DNA of 63,051 bases, the filler included, from Chiloscyllium plagiosum (lineage: Eukaryota): NCBI RefSeq assembly GCF_004010195.1. It is 4 parts of one record of this genome, joined end to end, with 100 filler letters (N's around TTAATTAATTAA, not from the genome) between each part and the next. Parts side by side here need not be neighbours in the genome. Positions count along the whole stretch, not along the records: positions 1 to 20,651 come from NC_057714.1; positions 20,752 to 33,374 come from NC_057714.1; 2 more parts are not named here. One strand, written 5' to 3'. Positions 12,822-25,773 of the stretch are shown in pieces (the first letter of the stretch is position 1; every line of letters starts with the position of its first letter). Below the pieces are notes generated by a model that searched no databases, was not told where the DNA came from, and saw nothing but the letters and a program-made list of their open reading frames with translations. Position numbers and translations under genes: made by a program.

Positions 12822-13920
12822 TCCCACACTGCTGATATACCAAGCTGCTGATATACCACACTGCTGATATACAACACTGCTGATATCTCAGGCCGCTGAT
12901 ATCCCACACTGCTGATATCCCAACACTGCTGATATTGCCCACTGCTGATATCCCATGCTGCTGATATCCCAGACTGCTGATATCCCAACACTACTGATAT
13001 CCCACACTGCAGCTATCCCAGGCTGCTGATATCCCACACTGTTGATATTCCACACTATTGATATCCCAGGCTGCTGATATTCCACGTGGCTGATATCCCC
13101 ACACTGCTGATATTCCACACTGCTGATATCCCAGGCTGCTGAAATCCCACACTGCTGATATCCCAGGCTGCTGATATCCCAGGCTGCTGATTTCACACAC
13201 TGCTGATATCCCAGGCTGCTGATATCCCAGACTGCTGAAATCCCAGGCTGCTGATATGCCAGATTGCTGATATCCCACACAGCTGATATCCCTGGCTGCT
13301 GATATCCCATGCTGCTGATATCCCACACTGATGTTACCCCACACTGCTGATATTCCATGCTGCTGATATTCTAGGCTGCTGATATACCATGCTGCTGATA
13401 TTCCATGCTGCTGATATCCCACACTGCTGATATCCCACGCTGCTGATATCCCACACTGATGATACCCCACACTGCTGATATTCCATGCTGCTGATATTCC
13501 ATGCTGCTGATATTCCACACTGCTGAGATCCCACGCTGCTGATATTCCTCGCTGCTGATATCCCACACTGCTGATATTGTAGGCTGCTGATATCCCACAT
13601 GGCTGATATCCCACACTGCTGATATTCCATGCTGCTGATATCCCGCACTGCTGATATCCCACGCTGCTGATATTCCACGCTGCTGATATCCCACACTGCT
13701 GATGTCTCACGCTGCTGATATCCCACACTGATGATACCCCACACTGCTGATATTTCACACTGCTGATATTCCATGCTGCTGATATTCCACACTGCTGAGA
13801 TCCCACGCTGCTGATATTCCTCGCTGCTGATATCCCACACTGCTGATATCCCACACTGCTGATATTGTAGGCTGCTGATATCCTAACACTCCTGATATCG
13901 CATGTTGCTGATATCCCAGG
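12822..13920. repeat. 16-bp minisatellite (ctgctgatatcccaca)n
   Basis: Directly visible; abuts a 500-N gap and explains the repetitive ORFs here. Confidence 0.95.
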
Positions 13921-15127
13921 GTCCATTCTTATTTCCTGTTCTTGATTGCCTGTATCATTGTCCATTATGATTTTGCACTCACTCCTAGCTATTTCAATGT
14001 TGTATCATTAATATTCGCACTATTGTGTCCTTGCACCCAACCACATAAAGATGTGTGTAAGACCACATTTAGGTGAGAGATAATTTCACAGATTATGTCC
14101 AAACTGAAAACTCAGGAGATTGTGTAGAGTGACCCTCCAACATTATAAGTGAGAATGTGCTGAACCATCAGAGATTCTGTTCTGAGACTGCCTGTCAGTA
14201 CAGGTCGACCTTAGAAACACCTTGACATGATTTGAAGAGGCATGCTCTGGTGTTGTGGCCAAGAGTCTTCCCTCAACCATGACTCATCCATTGTTTAAAC
14301 ATCCACTCCCTCCACTGCCGATGTGTAATGGCAGCAGTGTGTACCAGCTACAAGGTGCACTGCGTGGTTCCCTCGGGCTCCTTGGGCAGCACCTTGCAAA
14401 GCCGTAACCTCTACCACGATAAATAAAATGTGGATAGATGAGAACTGACACCCCCTGCAAGTTCCCCTCCCAGCCACTCACCATCCTGACTTGGAAATAT
14501 ATCATCGTTCCTTCCCTGTCACTGGGTCAAAATCCTGGGAATTCCCTCCCTAAGGGCATTGTGGGTCAACCCACAGCAGGTGGACTGCAGCGGTTAGTCA
14601 CAAATGGATTAACAACCAGCTTTAATGCATATCTTTATAAATTTAATCATTTTTAAAACATATTTAACAGTCCATGAAAGATGGCTGCTTTAATCACATG
14701 ACTGGAGTTAGCAATAAACTTCCAGAAGCTTCTCAGGAGCCAATGAGCCAGATAGTTGATGTGTTGTCTGATGGTACTGGAATTCTAGCTATTGTGTTAT
14801 AAATGTCACAAAGTGGCTCTGAAGAGAACCCCTACATGAGAGAATTGTACGTTGCCCCATGTATTAGTGACTTTCTACTTGATGTCCGGGATGGGCCAGT
14901 AACAACTGTTTGTCTGCAACCGAGGCTTTTATCTCAATGACACTGCTTCTTACTCCTTGCCCTACCTTTGATCAACGGTCCCCTCCCCCAACTGACAACC
15001 TTTTTACCACATTGTTTTAAAATCGCAGACAGCTATGGGGTCGGCACTGCTCCATACAACATTTACGAATGATATCGAAAGCCTGAACTGGGGGATACAG
15101 AGTAAAAACCCGTGCCTGTGTAAAATA

Positions 15128-15292
15128 GAGCAGGAAAATCGATGTTTCGGGCAAAAGCCCTTCATCAGGAATCTCTATTCCTGATGAAGGGCTTTTGCCC
15201 GAAACGTCGATTTTCCTGCTCCTCGGATGCAGTGCTTTTCCAGCACCACTTTGATCTAAACTCTGGTTTCCAGCATCTGCTGTCCTCACTTT
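15128..15292. mobile_element. Palindromic Penelope-derived mini-element, family A, with a 15-bp target-site duplication
   Basis: Inverted repeat at 15128-15221; direct repeat tgcctgtgtaaaata at 15113-15127 and 15293-15307. Confidence 0.8.
15177..15212 (+). ncRNA. Minimal type-I hammerhead ribozyme motif (Penelope-associated)
   Basis: CTGATGA-A-GGGC-TTTT-GCCC-GAAA-CGTC: conserved core, 4-bp stem II, palindromic ACGT minimal stem III and a GUC triplet ending at 15208. Stem I is weak. Confidence 0.6.
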
Positions 15293-15534
15293 TGCCTGTG
15301 TAAAATAACCCGTAGTTATGCTCTGCACAAGTATTCATCTTTCTCTCATCAAACTAGTGAAGCAGAAGTTACATTTCAACAATACCCCTCAGAATGTTGA
15401 ATACAGGGTTTAAAGAGAAGGTGTCAGAATGCTGGCTAGTCAATCAACCCACACCTACAAAAGTATTGTGGCCTGCTAACTCCAGCTTTGGATTCCATGT
15501 TAAAAGCAAACACATTGATGACTCTGGTTTAGTG

Positions 15535-15975
15535 GGTCCATACTGTTGTTTCTGAGTAGCTCCATGACACAGGACTCTATGCTCCCTGTCCGCACACAGA
15601 GACAAGCATCAACTGCGCCTAGAAGGCTATAAACTTGGTGAAAGATGCTGTTCAGTCTGCCCGAAATCAGAGCAAGGAGTTGACACCTACGGAGTGTTGC
15701 AGACTGGCACCTTCCAAGGTCCAGCACTAAAGCATGGGGCAGCTTCCACCAAGGTACAGAGAGGACAGTCTGAGCTGCTTCTGCTGAAGGTAAATAGGAG
15801 GCTGTTGTTATCGGTCCCTCCGACACTCAAATATATGTAAATATAATCTAAATTTGTTTGTTGGATAGAGTCAAACTCCAATGTTTGTTCCTTCATATGC
15901 CACCGTACTGTACCCGAACTGCTTCAGTGACTATATATGTCTCTAAAGATATTTTCGTGAACAAAGTATAGTTTT
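15535..15975 (+). mobile_element. Tx1/L1-clade LINE 3' relic
   Basis: Broken frames read SSMTQDSML..., INCA.KAINLVKDA..SARN..., KELTPTECCRLA.SKVQ, as recalled for the ORF2 C-terminus of fish/shark Tx1-like elements. Confidence 0.6.
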
Positions 15976-16549
15976 TGAATTAAAGAAACTCTTGCTTCTG
16001 ACTCAGAAGGTTGTGGATCCCAGACCTCCTGCAGAAGTGTTAACCATGCTGACAGCTCCAGTGCAGTACAGGTGGAGTGCTACACCGTCAGAGGTACGGC
16101 CTGTTATCACTCAGCTAGGCCCTTTCCATTGGGTCAGCGCATAAATTCAGTTCAGGTCTTGGACTGAGTGTGTGCATTTACCGGGTAAGAAAGTGTCCAG
16201 GACTTTAATTTGTGCCGTTTTAGATTTCTATAATTTTTAAGGGGTGCATTGAAAGAGCAGCCTAATTAAGAACCAGTTGAAACTAGTTAACTTGCTCCTG
16301 AAAGGGCTTTTCTGTTGGGCACACATGTAAGTAGCCATCTTACTGTGACTATTTTTATTCTTTCATGGGATGAGGCATCACTGGCGAGACCAGAATTTAT
16401 TGCCCGTCCCAGAGGGTAGTTAAGAGTCAACCCCATTGCTGTGGGACTGGAGTCACATGTAGGCCAGACCAGGTAAGGACGGCAGTTTCCTTCCTGAAAG
16501 GACATTAGTGAACCAGATGGATTTTTCTGACAATGAAAGCATGATTATA

Positions 16550-16852
16550 TTCCCTACAGTGTGGAAACAGGCCATTTGGCCCAACAGGTTCACACTGACC
16601 CTTTGCAGAGTAACCCTCCCAGACCCATTTCCCTACATTTACCCCTGACTAATGCACTTAACACTATGGGCAATTTAGCACAGCCAATTCATCTAACCTG
16701 CACATCTTTGGACCGTGGGAGGAAACCAGAGCACCCAGAGGAAACCCATGTAAACAAGGGGAGAATGTGCAAACTCCACACAGACAGTCGCCCGAGGCTG
16801 GAATCGAACTCGGGTCCCTGACGCTGTGAGGCAGCAGTGCTAACCACTGAGT
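16550..16852 (-). mobile_element. HE1-type V-SINE nested in an older SINE (host about 16355-16930)
   Basis: HE1 sequence, with host SINE sequence resuming on both sides. Confidence 0.82.
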
Positions 16853-17274
16853 CATCATTAGACTCTTAATTCCAGATTTTTATTGAATTCAAATTCCACC
16901 ATCTGCCATGGTGGGATTTGAACCCATGATTTACAGGAGAGTGCTGGAGGTCAGTGTCTGAAGGGATTCAGCAGAGGAAGGAATGAGTTTATGTTTTTCC
17001 TAAAGAAAACAGTAGATTGGTGAGCAGTTTTGGTAAGTATTTCTAATCTTTAATGTAAAAGTAAGTACTTAGTTTATCTTTAAGTCTCCAACTTCTCTCT
17101 TGTACCCACAAATACCTTCTTAGCTATAAGAATGACATGAGCAAAAGGTTCCCATAGTCTCATCAGAGAGTGACAACTGGTGGGGGTTTAACCTCAGGGT
17201 CACCACATTGTCAGGTGAGGGAAGAGGTTGAGAAGGAGAGTCCTTCATGGTAACCTCAAACAGGTGCAGAAATT

Positions 17275-18012
17275 GGTGGAGACTTGGCCCAGTGTAGTCT
17301 GGAGACTTGGCCTGGTGCTGCCTGCAGACTGGGCCCAGTGCAGTCTGGAGACTGGGCCTGCTCTGGTTGAGAGACGGGGTCCAGTGAAGTCTGGAGACTA
17401 TGCCCGGTGCAGTCTGGAGGCTCGGCCCAGTGCAGTCTAGAGACTAGGCCCGGTGTGGTCTGGAGACTGGGCCTGTTGCAATCTGGAAACTGGGCCCAGT
17501 GCGGTCTGGAGACTGGGCCTGGTACGGACTGGAGACTGGGCCTGGTGCAGTCTGGAGACTCGGCTCAGTGCAGTCTGGAAACTGGGCCCGGTGCAGCCTG
17601 GAGGCTTGGCCCGGTGCGGTCTGGAGAATGGGCCCGGTGTGCTCTGGAGACTGGGCCTGGTGCGGTCTGGAGACTGGGTCCGGTGCGGTCTGGAGACTGG
17701 GCCCGGTGCGATCTGGAGACTAGGCCCTGTGCGGTCTGGAAACTGGGCCCGGTGCGGTCTGGAGACTGGGCCCGGTGCGGTTTGGAAACTGGGCCCGGTG
17801 CGGTTGGAGACTGGGCCCAGTGCGGTCTGGAGACTAGGCCCTGTGTGGTCTGGAGACTGGGCCTGGTGCGGTCTGGAGACTGGGCCCGGTGCGGTCTGGA
17901 GAATGGGCCCGGTGGGGTCTGGAGACTGGGCCTGGTGCGGTCTGGAGACTGGGCCCGGTGCGGTCTGGAGAATGGGCCCGGTGCGGTCTGGAGACTGGGT
18001 CAGGTGTGGTCT
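17275..18012. repeat. 23-bp GC-rich minisatellite (gtgcggtctggagactgggcccg)n, about 32 units
   Basis: Directly visible; the left-hand units are more degenerate. Confidence 0.95.
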
Positions 18013-18279
18013 GGGGTGCAAAGACTGTAAATTGAGTACTTTGTATCCTTATGCTGGACTTTTTTATTTATTATTTTTTCTATGTTATATCAAATACTTA
18101 AGTATCTTATGCATGAGTTGGTGATGTAAGTGATATCGTTCAAGTGCAAGTGATAGTAATGTTCATTCAATTTCAATTCATTCCATTACTCTTTTACACA
18201 TTAATAAATCCCGCTTAACGTAAGATTCATTCTTGGTGCCCAAAATCTGGCTATCACTTTTATTTCCATCTGACAGACT

Positions 18280-18570
18280 ATCCCCTTCAACAAATCCAAA
18301 ATGGTCTATCTGTTTGAGAGAGAGATCGCCACAGGAGACTCCTGCACTACCTTCCTACCTCTCCTGACAGTCACCCATCTTTCTGACTGAACCTGTGACG
18401 TGACCATCTACTAACCATCACATGCTGTGCCTCCTGTATGCTCCTCAGTGACTCCAACTGCCCCTCCAGCCACTCCAAATGGCCTGATGTGAGACAGATC
18501 CAAACACATCTCCTGCAAACATGGTCTTCAGGGACAGTCAACTGTTCCCTGATCTCCCACATCTGTCAGG
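18280..18570 (-). mobile_element. CR1-type LINE ORF1 N-terminal relic
   Basis: MWEIRE...VPEDHVCRRC...LEWLEGQLESLRSIQE resembles the zinc-finger/leucine-zipper start of CR1 ORF1. Confidence 0.6.
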
Positions 18571-19269
18571 AGGGGCAGACAGGAGGGGCCTGCCAGAAGG
18601 GTCCGTTAAAAATTTGTGCCCTTAGGTTTGCCTAAAAATGCCCACATTTTTCTCCAATCCAGTGGTTGTAGATGGATTGCTGCTGACACACTGTGCTGGG
18701 AGAACTTTTAAAAAAGCTATGTTCTGTAAGTTCATGAGAAAAAGCTCTAATAAGAACGTTTTTTTTTAAAAAACCCTATTCTTCCCTGACCTACAGCTTT
18801 TAATTTTAACCATGCAAAAAAAGAAAAAAAAACGCCTAATATTTAAAATCTTAAAAATCCAGCACTTTGCTGAAAACAGCCTCCTCCTCCTCAATCAGCT
18901 CACAAATCTGGGTAAAGGAAGGTTTGACCCCTGATCCCTGTCGTTGTTTCAACTGCTCCTCTCGAAACCTCAAGAAAACAAGTTGAAAAGGCCAATATTC
19001 CGAATTTCATGCAAGCAACAAAAAAAAACCTCTCTCTGGAGTCATTGCAAAACCTCGACCAACATGTGGAACAGGCCTCTCCCACACACTCCGTGTCATC
19101 CCATCTCTCCTTCCTCATGTTTTGTTTGGACTGTGGAAAAACAAAATTCTGTTTCCGCTCCAGAAAACCCAGAGGAAAATCACAAGAGAAACCTCCAAAC
19201 TCAGGAGCAGCTGCAAGACCCACACTCCTTTCCTTCCGCTATTTTGTTTCCCTAAAAGATTTACCTCAT

Positions 19270-20450
19270 ACACTTGACCTGTGACCTCTGCTTCTGGACT
19301 CCCCCCATTATCAAGAACATTCTTCCTGCATCTAACCTTTCTAGTCCTGTTAGAATTTTACATGTTTCTATGAGATCTCTCCTCACTCTTCTAAACTCCA
19401 GTGAATACAATTCTAACCGACTCAACCTCTCCTCGTGCGTCAGTCCCACATTAATTTGGTAAACCTTTATTGCACTCCCTCAAGAGCAACAGATAAGGAG
19501 ACCTCAATTAAAAAGTATAATTCCAGGCCCTGTATAATTGCAGCAAAATGTCTTTGTTCCTGTACTCATCCTCTCACTATGAAGGCCACATACATTTGCC
19601 TTCTTTCCTGTCTCCTGAATTTCAGTGACTGTGCATGTTGAACATTCCCCTCTCTCAATTTACAGCCATTCAAATAATAATCTGCCTTACTGTTTATGCT
19701 ACCATGGTGGTTAACCACAGGTTTATCCACACTATATTGTGTCTACTACGCATTTGCCCACTCAGCTTGTCCAAATCACATTGCAAAAGCTCAGCATCCT
19801 CCTCACAGCTCACCTTCCACCTAGCTGTGTGTCATCTTCAAATTGTGAGATATTACATTTAGGTGGTAAAAACAATGACTGAAGATGCTGGAAACCAGAT
19901 TCTGGATCAGTGGTGCTGGAAGAGCACAGCAGTTCAGGCAGCATCCGACGAGCAGCGAAATCGACGTTTCGGGCAAAAGCCCTTCATCAGGAATAAAGGC
20001 AGAGAGCCTGAAGGGTGGAGAGATAAGCTAGAGGAGGGTGGGGGTGGGGAGAGAGTACAATGGGTGAGTGGGGGAGGGGATGAAGGTAGTTATCTCATCT
20101 AAATCATTAACATATGTTGTAAAAAGCTACGGTCCGAGTACCGATCCTTGCAATACCCGACTCGTTACTGCCTGCCATTCAGAAAAACTCATCTATGCTT
20201 TGATTCCTGTCTGTTAACCAATTTTCTATTCATCTCAATGCACTACTCCCAATCCCAAGCACTTTAATTTTACACATTAATCTCTTAATAGGGGCTTTGT
20301 CTAAGCCTCCTGAAAGTTCAAATAAACCACATTCACTAGCTCCCCCAATCTATTCTCCTTGCGGCATCTTTGAAGAATTCCAGTAGATTTATCAAGCAGT
20401 TTCCCTTTTGTAAATCCACACTGACTTGCTGATTCTACTACTGTTTCCTC
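19270..20450 (-). mobile_element. Decayed CR1-type LINE RT fragment
   Basis: GLTHEERLSRLELYSLEFRRVRRDLIETCKIL and upstream RT remnants, interrupted by a Penelope-type terminus at about 19863-20087. Confidence 0.75.
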
Positions 20451-20751
20451 AGTTTCTGGATTAGAGCGGTGCTGGAAAAGTGCAGCAGTTCAGTCAGCAT
20501 CCGAGGACCAGGAAAATCGATGATTCGGGCAAAAGCCCTTCATCAGGAATACAGGCAGAGTGCCTGAAGGGTGGAGAGATAAATGAGAGGAGGGTGGGGG
20601 AAGGTAGCAAAAAGTACAATGGGTGAATGGGGGTGGGGATGAAGGTGATAGNNNNNNNNNNNNNNNNNNNNNNNNNNNNNNNNNNNNNNNNNNNNTTAAT
20701 TAATTAANNNNNNNNNNNNNNNNNNNNNNNNNNNNNNNNNNNNNNNNNNNN

Positions 20752-21809
20752 TACCACCCTCTGTGTGAAAAAGTTGCCCCTTAGGTCTCTTTTATATCTT
20801 TCCCCTCTCACCCTAAACCTATTAGTTTCATTCTTTGAATTTACTGGGTTCTTTCAGAGGGGTCCAGGAGCATTGCCCATCAGAATTTTGAACTTCCTGT
20901 GCAATTCCCAGGGAGTCTGAGATTCCAGGTAACTCGAGTCTGCTCTGCTCCGACAACTGCCTCTTGAAGTTAGCTCCTGGAGCAGAGATTGTAAAGAGCC
21001 AGGGACTGAGGAGTAACACTGACACCTGCAGGCTGTGGTCTCACATTGCAGCCATCTCTGTGATGGTCATAGAGTCATCGAGATGTACAGCATAGAAACA
21101 GACCCTTCGGTCCAAATTATGCATGCCAACCAGATATCCTAAATTAATCTAGTCCCATTTGCCAGCACTTGGCCCATATCCCTCCAAACCCTTCCTATTC
21201 ATATACCCAACCAGATGCCTTTTAAATGTTGCAATTGTACCAGCCTCCACCACATCCTCTGGCAGTTCATTCCATACACGTACCACCCTCTGTGTGAAAA
21301 AGTTGCCCCTTAGGTCTCTTTTATATCTTTCCCCTCTCACCCTAAACCTATTAGTTTCATTCTTTGAATTTACTGGGTTCTTTCAGAGGGGTCCAGGAGC
21401 ATTGCCCATCAGAATTTTGAACTTCCTGTGCAATTCCCAGGGAGTCTGAGATTCCAGGTAACTCGAGTCTGCTCTGCTCCGACAACTGCCTCTTGAAGTT
21501 AGCTCCTGGAGCAGAGATTGTAAAGAGCCAGGGACTGAGGAGTAACACTGACACCTGCAGGCTGTGGTCTCACATTGCAGCCATCTCTGTGATGGTCATA
21601 GAGTCATCGAGATGTACAGCATAGAAACAGACCCTTCGGTCCAAATTATGCATGCCAACCAGATATCCTAAATTAATCTAGTCCCATTTGCCAGCACTTG
21701 GCCCATATCCATCCAAACCCTTCCTATTCATATACCCATCCAGATGCCTTTTAAATGTTATAATTGTACCAGCCTCCACCACATCCTCTGGCAGCTCATT
21801 CCATACACG
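20752..21809. repeat. 529-bp direct tandem duplication next to a gap
   Basis: 20752-21280 repeats at 21281-21809, giving identical ORFs at 20828-21025 and 21357-21554. Confidence 0.92.
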
Positions 21810-22619
21810 TACCACCCCCACTGCAAGAAAAAGCTGCCCCTTAGGTCTCTTTTATATCTTTCCCCTCTCACCCTAAACCTATACCCTCTAGTTCTGGACA
21901 CCCCAACCCCAGGGAAAAGCCTATGCATGCCCCTCATGATTTTATAAGCCTCTATAAGGTCATCCCTCAGCCTCCATTGATCCAGGGAAAACAGCCCCAG
22001 CCTATTCACCTCTCCCTATAGCTCAAACCCTCCAACCCTGGCATTGTCTTTGCAGATCTTTTCCAAACCCTTTTAAATTTCACAATATATCAGGGAGACC
22101 AGAATTGCACGCAATATTCCATCAGAGACACAGAGTTCATTGTCATGACAACAAATACCTTCCCTTTCACCTTACGTGTCAATTTTCCCAACAGACTTTA
22201 CTCAGGGATGGAGATCTGCCGGATGATGTAGCAGCCGTCTGGGGTCAAGAATTCCACAGATTCACTCCCCTCTGAGAGAAGAGATTCCTCCTCATCTCGT
22301 TCTTAAATGTGATGGGATTGCCCATCACATTCTGAGATTGCCCCCCCTCTGGTCCTAGACTCTCCCACAAGGGGAAACAACCTTTAGATATCTACCCTGT
22401 CAAGCCCTCTATAAGTCTTAAACTGAATTTGCTGGAGAAACTCAACAGGTCTGGTAGCATCTGTGCAGGGAAAGCAGAGTTAATGTTTCAGTGTCCCTTC
22501 TTACGTTCTGAAGACCTAGTGTGTTTTTGCAATGCCAAGGTATACAAGACTGGGGGCCAAGCCCTGGGAAGTGGGACTGGAACAGAGGGACTGCTTTCTC
22601 TGCTGTACGACATGCTTGA

Positions 22620-22945
22620 TTCAAGCCAGTGGCTCACAGCACCAGGGACCCGGGTTCGATTCCCACCTCGGGTGACTGTCTGTGTGGAGTTTGCACGTTC
22701 TCCCCGTGTCTGCGTGGGTTTCCTCCAGGTGCTCCGGTTTCCTCCCACAGTCCAAAGATGCGCAGGCCAGATGAAATGGCCACGCTAAATTGCCCATAGT
22801 GTTCGTGGATATGTAGGTTTAGTTGCATTAGTCAGGGGTAAATAGAGTAACAGGGGAGGGGGATGGGTCTGGGCGGGTTACTGTTTGGAGGGTCGGTGTG
22901 AACTTGTTGGGCCAAATGGCCTGTTTCCACACTGTTGGGATTCTA
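22620..22945 (+). mobile_element. HE1-type V-SINE
   Basis: B box gggttcgattccc, central domain, and 3' ggcctgtttccacactg. Confidence 0.85.
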
Positions 22946-23182
22946 AAGACTGGTGATCCAGAGACCAGGCTGCAGACCAGGTTCAAACCCCACCAAGGCG
23001 GTTAGTGCAATTAACATTGAATCAATTATCATGAGTAATGATGACCTGTAAAACTATCACTGATTGCTGTAAAATCCCCATCTGCTTCACAACAGCTCTT
23101 AGGGAAGGGAGAGATCTGCAACACCTTCCACAGCTCAGGCCTCCATGTGACTCCAGACACTCAGCAATGTGGTTGACTCTTG

Positions 23183-23503
23183 ACAGTGTGGAAGCAGGCC
23201 ATTACACCCATCAAATCCAAACTGACCCTCCAAAGAGCATCCCTCACATGTATCCCTGTAACCCCCGGATTTCCCATGGCTAACCCATCTGGCCTGCCCA
23301 TCATGGGCACTTTCCCACGGCCAATCCATCCTGACCCACACATGTTTGGATTGTGGGAGGAAACCGGAGCACCCAGAGGAAACCCACGCAGACACGGGGA
23401 GAATGTGCAAACTCCACACAGTCAGTCGCCCGAGGCTGGAAGTGAACCCGGGTCCCTGGCGCTGTGAGGCAGCAGTGCTAACCACTGTGCCACCGTGCCG
23501 CCC
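23183..23503 (-). mobile_element. HE1-type V-SINE nested in an older SINE (host about 22950-23590)
   Basis: Complete head and central domain on the - strand. Confidence 0.82.
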
Positions 23504-23832
23504 AATGGCTGAGGTAGCCATTCAGTGCAAAGGGCGATAAATAGGGATGTGCCAAAGCCACCCACACCCCATTAAGAAATAAAGAATGTGGGAGAAATTG
23601 GGAGGGGCTGGGAGGAGAGTGTCGTTGAAGACCAGTGTTGGTAGTGGTGTACTTTTGGTGGAATGGAGCTTGTGTACTGTAGGATTCCATGATTCGATGG
23701 AAGGTTGAAGTAACACTGCAAGTCACCAGCAAGAAAGAGTGTCTACTGGGAACTTGTTACTACTTAGTCAGAGTTTCACTTTGCATCTTACAAGACTCGG
23801 CTATATGATCTCCACATCAAGATAGAGCTTGT

Positions 23833-24290
23833 TAAAAAATCACACAACATAAGGTTATAGGCCAACAGGTGCATTTGGAAGTACTAAGTTTCAGAGCGCT
23901 GCTCCTTCATCAGGTAACCAGTGGGGAAGGATCATAGCACACAGAATTTATAATAGAAGATCCAAGTGTCATACAACTGATGCGATCTTTTGAACAAACC
24001 TAAATTGCTGTTGAGTCTTTAATGACTTAGAATGGGGGTGCAGGTTTTGATTGATTAATATGTAAATGCAGAATTTCTTGCAAAGAAAGAACTTAAAAGT
24101 AATCTAGGTTTGTTCAATACATTACATCAGTTGTATGACACTTTGATCATTTACTATAAATTCTGTGTCTTATGATCCTGCTCCACTAGCCACCTGATGT
24201 ACTCCCAAATAAACCTGTTGGACTCTAACCTGGTGTTGTGTTGTTTTTAACTTTGTCCACCCCAGTCCAAACACCGGCTCCTCCAAATCA
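23833..24290. mobile_element. Palindromic Penelope-derived element, family B, with long inverted arms
   Basis: 23833 to about 24005 is the inverted counterpart of about 24100-24252. Flanking aagatagagcttgt (23819-23832) and aagatagaccttgt (24291-24304). Relatives lie at 8649-8831, about 45120-45235 and about 59125-59640. Confidence 0.75.
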
Positions 24291-25458
24291 AAGATAGACC
24301 TTGTCAGACATCTCAGCTGACCCACACACCATAACCCACCTTGCTCAGAGTCTGACACGGAGGAAGCCTCAAGACATCTAAAAGGTATTTCTATGAGCAG
24401 TTGTAACACCACGGCAACAGCCCCAGGTGTGGGAAAATGGGATTCACACCGATAGAAAGTTCTTGACCAGCCCAGACATGATGGGCTGGAGCATTTCTTT
24501 CCATGTTGTTAAAAACACAAACACACATGCACAACTGTACATAGATGTTTACTTGAATAACAATAAAAAGATACTTGAATTATTCCAATAAATATTATCT
24601 ATATAATGTGGGGGAACAATACACAGAGGGAACTGAATGTAAGCTGGGTATTTTTAAGTGCAATATTCAGGCACTATGTTCAGATATTGAAACTTTTAAG
24701 ATAAACTTTACCCTCATTTTAACAGGAATATACTCCTCACTGACTGTAGCTAATGGCCTAACTCCTTCAGCGGCCAACCACTCACATTAACACTATTTTC
24801 TGACCCCATTCTTGCATAGAAAGCAAAAGCTGTCTGTGACTGAAACAGCTTAAACAGAGTCACAGAGAGAGAAAGAGATGTTTATAATGAATACTTTCCA
24901 GGAACTCTATCCTCATTGGCCCAATGTCTGGAACTGAAGGATGCTGAAGGAGGGGAGTGGTTGAAGCCTGAGGCCTAGGTTACTGACGCCATGTTGCACT
25001 CAGTGAGTGTTGCTCTGTGTCTACCAGCAAACCCTTCCCCCCCAACCCCACCCAAGCCTTTACCCCATTTCTTGCCACACCCATCCCTACTCCTCCCCAT
25101 CCAATCTGCCAACCCCGAAGACCTCTAGACCTTCCAGGAATGTGGGTGAAATGGAACAGTATGATTATTCCAGGATAATGACAATTATAAAGGTGTGTGC
25201 CCTCTCCATAATGTCGAAGATGACCAAGTGATAAGTGAAATTAGCTTGTGTATCTCTGCTGTGGAATTGTAATTATGACACGGGTACAGAATGAGACCAT
25301 TCAGTCCATTGTGTCCAGTGAAGGGTGGCCCAGTAGATGCAGCACCGACTAGATGGACTGACTGGCCTCTTCGTGTGCTATACTGACTCTAGATCTGACA
25401 GACCCTGGGCCCACTCCCCTGCCACCACTCCCCTCACAGCCCAACAAATGATATTTTT

Positions 25459-25773
25459 TTAGATTAGATTAGATTACATTACAGTGTGGAAACAGGTCCT
25501 TCGGCCCAACAAGTCCACACTGACCCGCCGAAGCGCAACCCACCCATACCCCTACAATTACCCCTTACCTAACACTACGGGCAATTTAGCATAGCTAATT
25601 CACCTGACCTGCACATCTTTGGACTGTGGGAGGAAACCGGAGCACCCAGAGGAAACCCACGCAGACATGGGGAGAACGTGCAAACTCCACACAGTCAGTC
25701 GCCTGAGTCAGGAATTGAACCCGGGTCTCTGGCGCTGTGAGGCAGCAGTGCTAACCACTGTGCCACCGTGCCG
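25459..25773 (-). mobile_element. HE1-type V-SINE, young subfamily with (tctaa)n tail
   Basis: Highly similar to 11537-11855. Confidence 0.88.

Noticed and set aside
12888..13965. Long repetitive ORFs (up to 324 aa)
   Set aside because: They are read-through of a 16-bp minisatellite; the same applies to ORFs at 17.4-18.1, 28.8-29.5, 33.9-34.2 and 35.5-36.9 kb.
20696..20707. TTAATTAATTAA palindrome recurring three times
   Set aside because: It is always centred in a 100-nt N run, so it is an artificial six-frame-stop spacer, not biology.
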